Shown piece by piece: positions 26,946 through 36,990 of a stretch of DNA of 64,000 nucleotides. Numbering within the stretch: the first letter of the stretch is position 1; each line of letters begins with the position of its first letter. This DNA comes from a virus: the IMG/VR virus record IMGVR_UViG_3300020045_004291, positions 28,472 through 92,471 of that record. The stretch is one strand, 5' to 3'. A model generated the notes under the pieces. It was not told the DNA's origin and did not search any database. It was given only the letters and a program-made list of their open reading frames with translations. Made by a program: the position numbers and the translations under genes.

Positions 26946-29260
26946 TGCGATAAAACGAACCTTTCCGCCAGTCCGCCAGCAACTTTTGCTTTAAATTCCT
27001 CACGAAACGCTAGACCCTCCGAAACCATTGCGTCAAGCTCTTTTTTTATGTCTTCGCGTTTGTATTTACGCAGCCTGTTAGCGATCACGCCGAGGGTTTC
27101 TCCGTCCCCATCGATCACATTTGCGATCTTTGAACGAAGCGCGAGCTTTGGTGCGTCCTTAACGCGGTCATTAGAGGTCACAAGGCGGGCCTTGTCGTCA
27201 ATGTCGCGTCTGACCAAGGCAAAGGCCCAACGGACATGTTCAACCGTCCTACGGCCTTCAGGGACGGCAAGAATTAGGCTTACCTTACTCACTAGCTCAT
27301 ATGCCCCCAGATACAGCGCCTCAAGCCCCGTACGCGCCTTGTGGTCAACCGCCTGATCCTCAAACCAGTCTAAGGCGTCGTCCATCATGTCAGCCGCCCT
27401 GGTGTCCGTTGGAATGACGTTCAGGTCGCCATAGTGTTCAACGCGACCTGAACCCTCCATATCGTAATCTCCGCCCGTGTATAACTGGCAGAATGTTACA
27501 GCCATGGCCGACGACATAGGAACCCGCGTGAACCCCCTTTTAGACCGCGGAGCGGTTTCACGTTCCTGAAAGATCAGTGCGCGCCCTATGAAGCCATTGG
27601 CCGCAGACTGATAATCAACAAGATCGTCAAATGTAACTGGCGTTGTAAACCCCATGAGAGACAAAAAAGGACGTTCCAAGCCACGATCTAAGCCCGCAAG
27701 TGTTTTTTGCACCTGCGTGATTCTTTGTTTCCCCCAGCTTGGGAGGTCGCCGGAATCATCTTGTTTGTTCAGTGCCGACAATTCCTTGATTTGTTGCGCC
27801 CTGATATCCTCCTTCATGTCGCCGGTGAGCAACATAAACCCGGACGCTTTGGAGTATGCAGACATTAACATCCCGATGACGCCATCGAGATAAGCAGCGC
27901 CGCCCTTTTGTTGAGCATTCTTAACTTTGTTTAGGAATATACCCACCTCATCTATGAGGTAAAACGCGGCTTGGTTGCGGACAAGGTTTTTAACTATCTC
28001 CTGTTCTGACTTGATAGCGCCGTGTGTGGCGGGTGCACAGCCAGCCGCCCTGTGTATTTCAGATACCGCCTGTTGTATGGCCTCCTTGCCGGTGCGGGAG
28101 CCAGCAACGCAGAAGCTGAAAAGGTTGGTTGTCACGCCGTCCCTGTCATCCGTGTAGCGCAGGCCAGAGATGTTACCCACAGCCATAAGTGCAGCCGCCG
28201 CAGAAAGCTTGCGCCGTGGTCTGCGAGACTGGTTTTCGATCCACTCTGCAACCTTGCCGACAAAGCCCGGAGGACAAGACAAATCAACGCCGGAAAGATC
28301 AAATGGTAAGCCGTCTTTGCGGGCCTCAACCGGTTCGCTAAAATCAAACTCAGCGCCGCCCGTGAATGTAACCGGCATTACCCAGCCGCCTGCCTCAGCA
28401 TAGTGCACCAATGTGCCAAGCGTTACGGGATTAGCCGACCGACCGAAGCTGTGCCATTTATAAACCATTACGCCGTCGTCGTGCTTGCTGGACTGTGAAG
28501 ACCAATGATCCCACAATTCAAAGCCGGTGCCGCCTGTGGCGTGGTGTATGGCCATGCCGATTCTAATCCACGTCTCATAGTCAAGGTCATCATTTTTAAA
28601 GTATGAGAGCATCTCAGCAAGGTCAGCGTGCGACACGTCAACCGCCTGCCCGTCATAGTCTGCCCTGTGGCGGTCTGGGCGACGAAGGAGGTCTATAAGC
28701 CCCTGTGGTGCATCCTCGACATCGTCAGGGCCACCAACACCTATTTCGTAGTAATTGCCGCTTACATGTTTAGAGCCTGGGCCGATAACAAAGCCGTTTG
28801 CCTTGAAATCAATCCCCGGCAATTCTGGCATATGCTGCACAAGTGAAACGCCGTCAGGAGCGCGGAAATACAAGTGCCGCGAACCACCACCAGAGCCGGT
28901 CTTAACGATCATGCCAGCCCCTGATATCTGGGGAACCATGTCGCAAAGCTTGGCAAACGATTCAACGCCACCGTTGCGCGCGTCAACGTCAACGACCAGC
29001 AACCCGTTGCAGAGCACACCGAAGCCGTTTTCAAATTGGTCATACTCGACCATGTTATCTATTTGCTCATCATCCCAAAGCGGCGTGTGTTGCCAGTTGG
29101 ACGCCACAGGGTGTTTAAAGTACGCCGTGCACGATGGATTTCCACATTCGCACATTATTCCCGATTTAGTTTTGCGCGCACCCTGAATCGGGAAAACCCT
29201 ATAACCGGCCTGCCAAAACTCATAAGCATACCGTGCCGCTAAACCCTTATCTTTAGTCAT
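26939..29260 (-). CDS. Bifunctional primase-polymerase with PriCT-2 and C-terminal helicase-like domain
   Basis: CECG..C..KHP, VVDVD, TGSGG..HLYF, GIDFK, YETWIRIGMA, AGSRTGKE, IDEVG. Confidence 0.88.
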   Translation of the reverse strand: MTKDKGLAARYAYEFWQAGYRVFPIQGARKTKSGIMCECGNPSCTAYFKHPVASNWQHTPLWDDEQIDNMVEYDQFENGFGVLCNGLLVVDVDARNGGVESFAKLCDMVPQISGAGMIVKTGSGGGSRHLYFRAPDGVSLVQHMPELPGIDFKANGFVIGPGSKHVSGNYYEIGVGGPDDVEDAPQGLIDLLRRPDRHRADYDGQAVDVSHADLAEMLSYFKNDDLDYETWIRIGMAIHHATGGTGFELWDHWSSQSSKHDDGVMVYKWHSFGRSANPVTLGTLVHYAEAGGWVMPVTFTGGAEFDFSEPVEARKDGLPFDLSGVDLSCPPGFVGKVAEWIENQSRRPRRKLSAAAALMAVGNISGLRYTDDRDGVTTNLFSFCVAGSRTGKEAIQQAVSEIHRAAGCAPATHGAIKSEQEIVKNLVRNQAAFYLIDEVGIFLNKVKNAQQKGGAAYLDGVIGMLMSAYSKASGFMLLTGDMKEDIRAQQIKELSALNKQDDSGDLPSWGKQRITQVQKTLAGLDRGLERPFLSLMGFTTPVTFDDLVDYQSAANGFIGRALIFQERETAPRSKRGFTRVPMSSAMAVTFCQLYTGGDYDMEGSGRVEHYGDLNVIPTDTRAADMMDDALDWFEDQAVDHKARTGLEALYLGAYELVSKVSLILAVPEGRRTVEHVRWAFALVRRDIDDKARLVTSNDRVKDAPKLALRSKIANVIDGDGETLGVIANRLRKYKREDIKKELDAMVSEGLAFREEFKAKVAGGLAERFVLSQG

Positions 29261-29263
29261 TGT

Positions 29264-29434
29264 TTAAGCCTTAAAGTAATCTGACAACGCTTTCAAAACA
29301 GCATAGGAGGGATTGGCGCGCTCTCCGCTGTCCCTTATCGCCGTAATAGTGTTGCGGTGTATGCCGGTTGCTTCTGAAATCATGCTTATACGCCGATCCT
29401 TAAGCAAGGCTTGCAATTCATCAAGGGTTAACAT
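29264..29434 (-). CDS. Cro-like HTH regulator
   Basis: ISEATGIHRNTI..NPSYAVLKALSDY; start at MLTLDE after GAGG. Confidence 0.8.
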   Translation of the reverse strand: MLTLDELQALLKDRRISMISEATGIHRNTITAIRDSGERANPSYAVLKALSDYFKA

Positions 29435-29438
29435 TTTG

Positions 29439-29496
29439 AACCTCACAATATCGAAAATAGTGTCTTGACAGTGCAATATCGTGAGGTTAATGTCAA
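29439..29496. promoter_or_regulatory. Overlapping divergent promoters with operator repeats
   Basis: TTGACA-17-TAATGT on +, TTGACA on - at 29491-29496; AACCTCAC/GTGAGGTT inverted repeat; CAATATCG twice. Confidence 0.75.
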
Positions 29497-29529
29497 GTCG
29501 TAGAGCAGTCGAAAAGGAGATTTTCTCTC

Positions 29530-30360
29530 ATGAGTATTTTAACCGCAGCCAAGCCCCCGGTTCGGGAGCCGCTGATAATGACAATATGCGGAACGCCGGG
29601 GACTGGTAAAACCAGCCTTGCGGCAACCCTGCCAGGGCCTGTGTTCCTGATCCAGACGCAGGGCGAAAAGGTGCCTCGCGACATCCCGCGCGATCAGGTG
29701 CCGGTGTCGTTGGGTGAGACAAATTCACCTGAAAAGCTTTGGGAGCAATTACTTGCCTTGGGGCAAGATGATCACGGCTACAAGACGGTCATCATCGATA
29801 GCGTGACCGGTCTTGAGACCATGTTCATTGAGGATATCCTGAAAAGCGACCCGAAGGCCAAGGCGATCAATACAGCGCTTGGCGGGTATGGTGCAGGGCG
29901 TGCAGCGGTGGCGACACAGCACAACCGCGTGCGCAACATCGTTGAGAAAATTCGCAGACGCGGAATCAACGTGGTGTTTATTGCGCATTCTGACGTTGTG
30001 CGGATTGAACCGCCTGACTCGGATTCGTTTACGCAATACAGCTTGCGACTACATGAAAAATCCATGGCTCCTTATGTGGACTCTGTGGATGTTGTGGGAT
30101 TCATTAAGCAATCAACCGTGCTTGTGGGTAAGGACGACGAGCGCAAGCGGGCTGTGACTTCTGACGACCGCGTATTGCTGGTGCACCTTACGCCTGTGGC
30201 GGTCAGCAAGAACCGCCTTGGCATTACAGAGCCGCTAGACCTTGAGCGGGGTAAGAACCCGTTTGAGCAGTGGACGACGCCAAAAACGCGCGCTAAGGCG
30301 CAACCGGTTGCCGTTGAAGCGCCAGCCGAACCCGAAACCGTAAACGAGGACGCAAACTAA
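29530..30360 (+). CDS. AAA_24 / Sak4-like recombination ATPase
   Basis: GTPGTGKTSLA, VIIDS, FIAH, SKNR. Confidence 0.85.
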   Translation: MSILTAAKPPVREPLIMTICGTPGTGKTSLAATLPGPVFLIQTQGEKVPRDIPRDQVPVSLGETNSPEKLWEQLLALGQDDHGYKTVIIDSVTGLETMFIEDILKSDPKAKAINTALGGYGAGRAAVATQHNRVRNIVEKIRRRGINVVFIAHSDVVRIEPPDSDSFTQYSLRLHEKSMAPYVDSVDVVGFIKQSTVLVGKDDERKRAVTSDDRVLLVHLTPVAVSKNRLGITEPLDLERGKNPFEQWTTPKTRAKAQPVAVEAPAEPETVNEDAN

Positions 30361-30935
30361 TGTCATTCTGGCAATTATCAGATGGTGGGTCAGCCACCGA
30401 AACCGGCGCAGCCTATGAAATTGAGGGTGGCAGCATTACGCCTATCCCTGACGATACATCGCTTTTGGCCATGATCGACGAAGCAAACTGGAAAACAACT
30501 CAGGGCGGGGATGAATATATCAATCTGCGCTGGACGGTTGTTACACCGGATGAATACAAAAACCGCAAAATCTTTCAAAAGCTTTGGGTGACCGATGACG
30601 ACCCAAACGCAAAGGATGCGGGTAAAAAGCGCGACAAAGCCCGCCGTATGCTGGCGGCGATCGACGCGAACGCAGGCGGTAAACTCTCGCAGAAAGCGGG
30701 CAAACCAAGTGACGACGATCTAGCGCGGGCATTGACGCAAAAGCTTATGACCATCAAGGTTAAGTCGTGGTCAATGGATGACAACCAAAACCCCGGCGCA
30801 AAGATCGAGGGCAATTGGATTTGTGCCGTCAGCGCTAAAAGCAAGGTGGCGTCACCAGTAAAGGCCGAAACGCCCAAGCCTGCACCCGTTCAAGATTTTG
30901 ATGACAGTCTTGAAGGTGACGATATCCCTTTTTAA
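30360..30935 (+). CDS. Single-stranded DNA-binding protein (DUF669-like)
   Basis: Follows the Sak4-like gene; acidic C-terminal DDIPF. Confidence 0.8.
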   Translation: MSFWQLSDGGSATETGAAYEIEGGSITPIPDDTSLLAMIDEANWKTTQGGDEYINLRWTVVTPDEYKNRKIFQKLWVTDDDPNAKDAGKKRDKARRMLAAIDANAGGKLSQKAGKPSDDDLARALTQKLMTIKVKSWSMDDNQNPGAKIEGNWICAVSAKSKVASPVKAETPKPAPVQDFDDSLEGDDIPF

Positions 30936-31085
30936 GACTGAGTAAGGTTTGCTCTTGTGGTCGCGGATACCGTTCTAACTATGACGGTCTCTGCGGCCAT
31001 TGCAGAACGCAAAAAGAGCATAAGACCCACTTATTCAAGTTAAATAAGGGTCTTTATGAAATGAAAGAGATTGAGGGGTATTTTT

Positions 31086-31961
31086 ATGGAACAGCGTACA
31101 GAAGCTTGGCACTCAGCAAGGCGAGGCCGCATAACCGCAAGCGCGGTAGGTGGGATACTTAATCACGCGCCATATGCCACAAGGGCCGATATTATGCGCC
31201 GCATGGTGCGCGACTATCACGGGGCGGAATCAGAGTTTACCGGCAATGTAGCCACAGAATATGGCACATACAACGAGGCTGGGGCCTTGATTGATTATCG
31301 CATGGAAACCGGGAACGCGGTTGAGGCCGTGGGATTTATCACAAAAGACGACTGGGCTGGGTGCTCACCAGATGGATTGATTGGTCTTACCGGCGGGCTT
31401 GAAATTAAGTGCCCCTATAGCTTGCGGAAAATGACGCCTGAGGATTCGTTTAAGACCATTGAGGATCAGCCGCATTACTACGATCAAGTGCAATTTAGCC
31501 TTTGGGTCTGTGAGCGCGCATGGTGGGATTTTTTTCAATGGGCACCTATGGGTTACACAAAAACAGACCGCATATTGCCAGACAGCAAATGGCGCGCAAA
31601 GAACCTTCCAAAGCTTAAGGCTTTTTACGACGAATATTTGATTGAGCGCGAAAAGCCGAACGCGCAAAAACACCTTGACGGAAAACGCGTTGAAATCGAC
31701 ACGCCGTCTGTTCAAATGATGTTGTCGGAATATGACGACCTTGTCGAAGCTATAGAGCAGGCGCAGGAGCGTAAAAAGGAAATCCTTGCCGAACTGGTAA
31801 AGCAAGCAGGCGATAAGAACGCCATGGTTTGCGGGCGAAACCTTACAAAAGTTGAGAAGGAGGGCGCTGTATCATACGCCAAGGCAATTAAGGCGTTATT
31901 GCCAAACGCTGACCTTGAGCCGTACAGGGGCGCGCCGTCCTCCCACTGGTTGTTAAAATGA
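31086..31961 (+). CDS. YqaJ / lambda-type exonuclease
   Basis: QRTEAW..R.GRITAS, SPDGL, LEIKCP, YYDQVQ. Confidence 0.9.
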   Translation: MEQRTEAWHSARRGRITASAVGGILNHAPYATRADIMRRMVRDYHGAESEFTGNVATEYGTYNEAGALIDYRMETGNAVEAVGFITKDDWAGCSPDGLIGLTGGLEIKCPYSLRKMTPEDSFKTIEDQPHYYDQVQFSLWVCERAWWDFFQWAPMGYTKTDRILPDSKWRAKNLPKLKAFYDEYLIEREKPNAQKHLDGKRVEIDTPSVQMMLSEYDDLVEAIEQAQERKKEILAELVKQAGDKNAMVCGRNLTKVEKEGAVSYAKAIKALLPNADLEPYRGAPSSHWLLK

Positions 31962-33823
31962 TACTGAGACCATATCAGGAAGCCGCGACGAAGGCCGCGA
32001 AACTGTGGCTTAAGTCCAGCACAGACCCGTGTCTGATCGACGCAGCCCCCGCCGCAGGCAAAAGTTTTATGGTTGCCGACCTTGCCCGCTGGCTGCGCAA
32101 GGTGAGCGGTGGAAGGCGGGTTTTGTGCTTGCAGCCAAACGCAAAGCTTGTTGTTCAAAATCTCGAAAAGTTTTTGATGACGGGCGAATCTTCGTCTGTG
32201 TTTTCTGCAAGCGCTGGCACTAAATCAACAAAAAACGGGGTTGTTTTTGCGACCCCTGGCACGGTGAAAAATAGCATAAGCCGTTTTTGCAGGTCTGGGC
32301 AGGATGGTTATTGCGGCGTCATCATCGACGAAGCGCACGAACTAACGCCAACCATATTAAGCATCATTGACGCTATGAGGGCCGCTAACCCTAATTTGCG
32401 AGTAATCGGGCTGACTGGCACACCGCACCGGATGGGAACCGGCTATATTTTCCGCATGTGGCCAGACGGTAGGTCAAACACAGATCAGCAAACGCGTGAA
32501 CCATATTTCATGAAATGCGTTTATCGTGTTTCGGCGCGTGAGATGCTGGATCAGGAGTTTATCACACCAATGGAGGTTTGCGGAATCAACGCCGCAGCCT
32601 ATGACGCGGACGGCATAAGATTACTGCCTAATGGCACGGCGAACCATAGCGACATTGAGCGCGCATTTGTGGCCCATGGCCGCAAAACGTCTGCAATCGT
32701 TGGCGATGTAATTCGCCAGTCTAACGAGCGCGGCGTTAAAGGCGGGATCATGTATTTTGCTGCAACCGTGCAGCACGCCCATGAAATACTTGCCAGCCTG
32801 CCACCAGAGAATAGCGCTCTGTCAGCAGGCGACGAAGGAATCTTGAGGGGCAGACCAGCCACTGACAAAGAGATTGTCAAATCTTACCGCGATGGAAAGA
32901 TTAAGCATCTGGTCTCTGTGGGTAAATACACCACAGGGTTTGACGTAAGCCATACAGAGATTATAGCGCTTTTGCGGTTTACTGAAAGCGCCTCGCTATT
33001 GATACAGATACTTGGCAGGGCGTGGCGATTACATCCTGAAAAGCCCGTGTCGTTTCTTTTGGATTACGCCGGAAACGTAAACCGACACTTTCCAGACGGT
33101 GATATATATAACCCTGAAATACGCGCTAAAAGCGCCAAAAGCGGAGGCGCGCCAATAAAAGCGCACTGCCCGTCCTGTAACGCTGAAAACGAGTTTGGAA
33201 TCAGGCCAGAGGTTGCGGAAGCTGGCTACCAGATAGACCAAAATGGATATTGTTTGGACCTTGAGGGCGAGCGTGTAGAAACCGACTTTGGCCCAATGCC
33301 TGCACATTTTGGACGCCGTTGCTTTGGAATGATCCAAACGAAAAACGCCGGAAAATATGACAGGTGTAATTATAGATGGACAAGTAAACCATGTCCCGCC
33401 TGCGACGAACCAAACGACATCGCGGCGAGATATTGCATAAGCTGCAAGTCCGAAATTGTAGACCCAAACGAAAAGCTTTCGTCGGACTTTAAGGCCCATA
33501 AAAAAGACCCGACAAGATTACAGACAGACGAGGTGGTAAGCATGGTTTGCCGCGAAGGTGTGAGCCAAAGGGGTAACAAAACCCTAAGGGCCGACTTTGT
33601 GACGCCGTACAGGTCTTTTAGCGTTTGGCTTCAACCTGAGGCAACGAGCACTAAAGGATGGTATCAATGGGACTTGTTTGTGCGCAACTGTGGCGCAAAT
33701 GGTGAAACGGTTCCGCAAAGCATCACATACAGAAAAGACGCCGCATCAGGTTTTTACCAGATCGAGGCGTACAACAGGCAAATAGATATGTTGCCAGAGA
33801 GGGTTTTAAATGCGGCTGAGTGA
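31958..33823 (+). CDS. SF2 DEAH helicase with Zn-finger (RadD/YejH-like)
   Basis: LRPYQ, AAGKS, DEAH, TGT, TTGFD, QILGRAWR, CxxC clusters. Confidence 0.9.
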   Translation: MILRPYQEAATKAAKLWLKSSTDPCLIDAAPAAGKSFMVADLARWLRKVSGGRRVLCLQPNAKLVVQNLEKFLMTGESSSVFSASAGTKSTKNGVVFATPGTVKNSISRFCRSGQDGYCGVIIDEAHELTPTILSIIDAMRAANPNLRVIGLTGTPHRMGTGYIFRMWPDGRSNTDQQTREPYFMKCVYRVSAREMLDQEFITPMEVCGINAAAYDADGIRLLPNGTANHSDIERAFVAHGRKTSAIVGDVIRQSNERGVKGGIMYFAATVQHAHEILASLPPENSALSAGDEGILRGRPATDKEIVKSYRDGKIKHLVSVGKYTTGFDVSHTEIIALLRFTESASLLIQILGRAWRLHPEKPVSFLLDYAGNVNRHFPDGDIYNPEIRAKSAKSGGAPIKAHCPSCNAENEFGIRPEVAEAGYQIDQNGYCLDLEGERVETDFGPMPAHFGRRCFGMIQTKNAGKYDRCNYRWTSKPCPACDEPNDIAARYCISCKSEIVDPNEKLSSDFKAHKKDPTRLQTDEVVSMVCREGVSQRGNKTLRADFVTPYRSFSVWLQPEATSTKGWYQWDLFVRNCGANGETVPQSITYRKDAASGFYQIEAYNRQIDMLPERVLNAAE

Positions 33824-34232
33824 CATTCCACATGGCATAAAGATTTACGGCAACACCGCATTCCGTGGTGAATGCCCAAAAGAAAGCCTTGAGCAAGTGA
33901 CTTTTTTTAACAAGCTTCGCAAAGCGCACCCAACAACCTGGGGGCTATTGGCCCTACACCCGCGCAACGAGCAACAGCTAAAAGGCGGCCAACATGGGGC
34001 ATTTGTTAAGCAAAAGGCAGAAGGGTTAACGCCTGGGGCTTCCGATATAATAATCCCGGCCCGCGTTTCATTTGTGTGCGAGTTAAAGCGAAAAGATCAC
34101 ACCTTAAGCAAGTGGCAAGACGGACAAAAAGAATATCTTTTTGCCGCATCCAACGCTGGGGCTTTTGCTTGCGTAGCATTTGGCCATGAAGGCGCGTGGT
34201 CAGCTTTTGAGGATTGGTTAAGTGGACAATAA
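33810..34232 (+). CDS. VRR-NUC nuclease
   Basis: HPRNE..EGLTPGASDII..ELKR..Q. Confidence 0.85.
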   Translation: MRLSDIPHGIKIYGNTAFRGECPKESLEQVTFFNKLRKAHPTTWGLLALHPRNEQQLKGGQHGAFVKQKAEGLTPGASDIIIPARVSFVCELKRKDHTLSKWQDGQKEYLFAASNAGAFACVAFGHEGAWSAFEDWLSGQ

Positions 34233-34536
34233 GGCAATAGCTGAAAAGATATTTTGCGCACCATCGGAAAGGGCGCAAAAAAGACTGTTTGCGGACGTGC
34301 CGGAATCGCAAAGGCCGTATGTGTTGTGCGAGCTTAGGGAGCTATCAGGAAGCCCGCACGCCATACGTAATGGAATGACGCTACTGGCAACAGACGACAC
34401 ATCAGACGGGCTTAAAGACGCCAAAGCGTGGATAAAACAAAAAGGCCTGACATCCGCAGACATCAGGCTTTTTAAAAGTGGTGGCCTCCTTGTGATTGAG
34501 GCTGTCAGGGACGACGCTCTAAACCCCCAGCGTTGA
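34222..34536 (+). CDS. Hypothetical protein
   Basis: Coupled ORF ending the recombination operon. Confidence 0.55.
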   Translation: MDNKAIAEKIFCAPSERAQKRLFADVPESQRPYVLCELRELSGSPHAIRNGMTLLATDDTSDGLKDAKAWIKQKGLTSADIRLFKSGGLLVIEAVRDDALNPQR

Positions 34537-34679
34537 AAACATCGCAGCGCCCTTAATCGCGTGGTTCAAGCCCTTAGCGCGCACATTGCGATGAAAGATG
34601 AAACACTGACAGCCTGACAGATAATAAACGTCATACGCCGCCAGATGGCCGATCCAGTGTTGCTTGACCTTTACGGGCT

Positions 34680-35048
34680 TCATTCCGCCGCCTCCCTCAT
34701 TATTCTTGTGGCGCGCGGCGTGTTTCTTTCCAGCTTGGCGACCATTGGCTTTTCTGTAAGATAAATAATATCGCGTCCCAGTTTCACCCTGTCAAACTCT
34801 TCAATTCGGCGGCACCCGTAAATTACCGCCGTGTGATCCCTGTTGCAGTACTCGCCTATTTTTTCGTAACTCCACCCCAATTCTCGCAAATCACGCATGA
34901 CGCGGAATCTTGCAAAGGCAATTTTTGCGGTTCGCTCTTTATTTTCAAATTCTGCAACGCTGATACCGTATTTTTGGCAATACTCAGCGACAATCTGATT
35001 ACGGCGGTGGAATCCCACCATTTCCTTTTTGTGAAATGACTGCATCAC
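34680..35048 (-). CDS. Stand-alone DnaA domain IV-like HTH protein
   Basis: R..IAFAR..M..LRELGWSYEKIG..NRDHTAVIYG. Confidence 0.8.
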   Translation of the reverse strand: MMQSFHKKEMVGFHRRNQIVAEYCQKYGISVAEFENKERTAKIAFARFRVMRDLRELGWSYEKIGEYCNRDHTAVIYGCRRIEEFDRVKLGRDIIYLTEKPMVAKLERNTPRATRIMREAAE

Positions 35049-35812
35049 CGCCCCGCATATCTGCGCAGATCGTGCGCAAGGCGTTTAACATTGATAGTAT
35101 CGCGCACATATAACGCCCTATGGTGCGGGCAATATGAAGAGCCAGGATCAACCCTGTGACCGCAATAAACCGCCTCGTTATGCTCGTTGCGACCCTCAAC
35201 TGATTTGCATTGAAAGCGCCCAATCTGCACAAGGTTTTCACCCGTGGCAATGGGCAGATACGACAGGTCAGGCGTTTTAATTAGGGTGGACGCATCCCTG
35301 ACACCGTGCAAAGACTTAGTTGTAGGACTAGGCTTTGGCTTATCCTTTTCTTTCACCTTTGCCTTACCCAAAATGGACGGCAATTGCTGCAATCTTTTTG
35401 ACCCAAAAGCTGGAAACGAATGACCCTGTTGTTTTAGGCGATCAACCACACCGGCGACAGTGGATCGTGTCAGGTTGGTCTCAAATTTTTCATGGAACAA
35501 AACCATGACCTCATTGTAGCTTTTACCGGCCTGAACCAGTTCGCGTATGAAATCTTTTTGCTCCTTTGGCCAAGCGCCAGAGCGGCAAGATTGCCTTGCC
35601 GGTGTTGCCCCGAAGGTCTGATCGGTTTTCCCGCTATAGCGCATCTCGCCAAGCTTTGATTGACAATTCTTCATGGTTCTGACTATGCGCTTGCCATGAA
35701 ATTCATCATTTAGTCGTAGCGCCGCATATTTTGACGTTGCGCCTGATTTCGCCAGTTCTAACAGGCGTTCAGCCTCTTGCGGCTTCCACTCTGTTTTGCA
35801 CATTACTGCCAT
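35045..35812 (-). CDS. gcrA: GcrA-like transcription regulator with duplicated N-terminal HTH
   Basis: W..E..L..G.S..TRSTVAGVVDRL and C-terminal C..YCG..GSSYCPHH..Y. Confidence 0.75.
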   Translation of the reverse strand: MAVMCKTEWKPQEAERLLELAKSGATSKYAALRLNDEFHGKRIVRTMKNCQSKLGEMRYSGKTDQTFGATPARQSCRSGAWPKEQKDFIRELVQAGKSYNEVMVLFHEKFETNLTRSTVAGVVDRLKQQGHSFPAFGSKRLQQLPSILGKAKVKEKDKPKPSPTTKSLHGVRDASTLIKTPDLSYLPIATGENLVQIGRFQCKSVEGRNEHNEAVYCGHRVDPGSSYCPHHRALYVRDTINVKRLAHDLRRYAGR

Positions 35813-35922
35813 TTTAGTCCCTCAGATAAGTTTGAATATTAACGCCCAGATCATGCCAGCCAGCACAATCATTCCTGTGTGTCCTGCAATTTTGTAGGCC
35901 ATGTTTCGTCCCTGATTATTTT

Positions 35923-36207
35923 TTATTCTAGATTTGCGCGAACCCTCTTTATGTCCTCCAAAACCTCCTTAAGCGTCACTTCTGCGTCAGAAAGAGACGC
36001 GTTCGCCTCGCTGATTATTTCCTCAAGGTCGCTTATATTTTCGCACTCATCAACCGATTGGTATTCGTCAAGTATTTCGCGTATTCCAAGACCGTATTTT
36101 TTGAGAATTTCCAAAGCGGCTGCGGCGTCTCCAAGGTCAACAGCCCGCGCTATATCAGCGCTCACGGCGCGGCGGTTGTCGTCGTGTTGCAAAAGATCGT
36201 AGCTCAT
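35923..36207 (-). CDS. Hypothetical protein
   Basis: ORF with GAGG RBS in the leftward operon. Confidence 0.55.
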   Translation of the reverse strand: MSYDLLQHDDNRRAVSADIARAVDLGDAAAALEILKKYGLGIREILDEYQSVDECENISDLEEIISEANASLSDAEVTLKEVLEDIKRVRANLE

Positions 36208-36524
36208 TTTTTCCTCTTATTTCCAGCCTCATCAATACGAAGCTTGTTAAGTTTTTCACTAAATTCAATCGGCGTAATCAGCGCCAGTTCCCTCGCAATG
36301 GAAAGGACTTTGGCTTGCGCCTTTTGGTCTTTTCCAGCCACCATCGATATTACCCAGTCAATCGATTTTCCTTGCTTAAGAAAATCACGGGAAAGACCAG
36401 CTTGCTTTTCAATGGCGCTACTGCCGTAAGGTACGCCCTGGCTGTCATTCATTTTCATCTTCACATCTCCATTCGTGCATTTCCCTTGTTGTGTCGTGAC
36501 CACATGCCCGCTCAACCTCTTCAA
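36204..36524 (-). CDS. Hypothetical protein (start uncertain)
   Basis: Coupled ORF. Confidence 0.45.
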   Translation of the reverse strand: MKRLSGHVVTTQQGKCTNGDVKMKMNDSQGVPYGSSAIEKQAGLSRDFLKQGKSIDWVISMVAGKDQKAQAKVLSIARELALITPIEFSEKLNKLRIDEAGNKRKK

Positions 36525-36602
36525 GGGTTGGTATTACCGGCGTGTGTCTTTCGGCAGTACCTGACACGCTAAAGCGTATCAGATCGTGCGGGGTGTATTC
36601 CC

Positions 36603-36887
36603 TCATGATTCACCTAATGCTTTGGAGATTGCGCGGGACTGAAAAGATGCCTTAGCCCGTGCCAAGTCATTGATTATTGCCCGGTTTGTCACTGCGTTCT
36701 TCACAAGAAAGGTTACGGCATCAGCGATGCGAAAAACCATTTTTATGCTTGGGTTTGCCTTGCCTGACAGAATTTCCGACAAATAGCTATTAGGTATCCC
36801 GACTTGCGCGGCAATATCTTTTTGTGGAAATCTGCTTTGTTTAATCAGTTCGGCAAGCTTGCCTATGGGGTCAATGTCGTGTGTCAA
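36603..36887 (-). CDS. XRE-family HTH regulator
   Basis: QKDIAAQVGIPNSYLSEILSGKANPS; AGGAG RBS. Confidence 0.85.
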   Translation of the reverse strand: MTHDIDPIGKLAELIKQSRFPQKDIAAQVGIPNSYLSEILSGKANPSIKMVFRIADAVTFLVKNAVTNRAIINDLARAKASFQSRAISKALGES

Positions 36888-36919
36888 GCGTGTCTCCTTA
36901 TTGTACAGGCTCCGACATT

Positions 36920-36990
36920 GGCATAAAAATAATTATGCCGCAAGCTAATTTTTATTCGTTGACAGACTAAAACACATATGCAATTGTTGG
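36920..36990. promoter_or_regulatory. Divergent control region with palindromic operator
   Basis: GGCATAA-N6-TTATGCC (36920-36939) and TTGACA at 36959. Confidence 0.65.
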
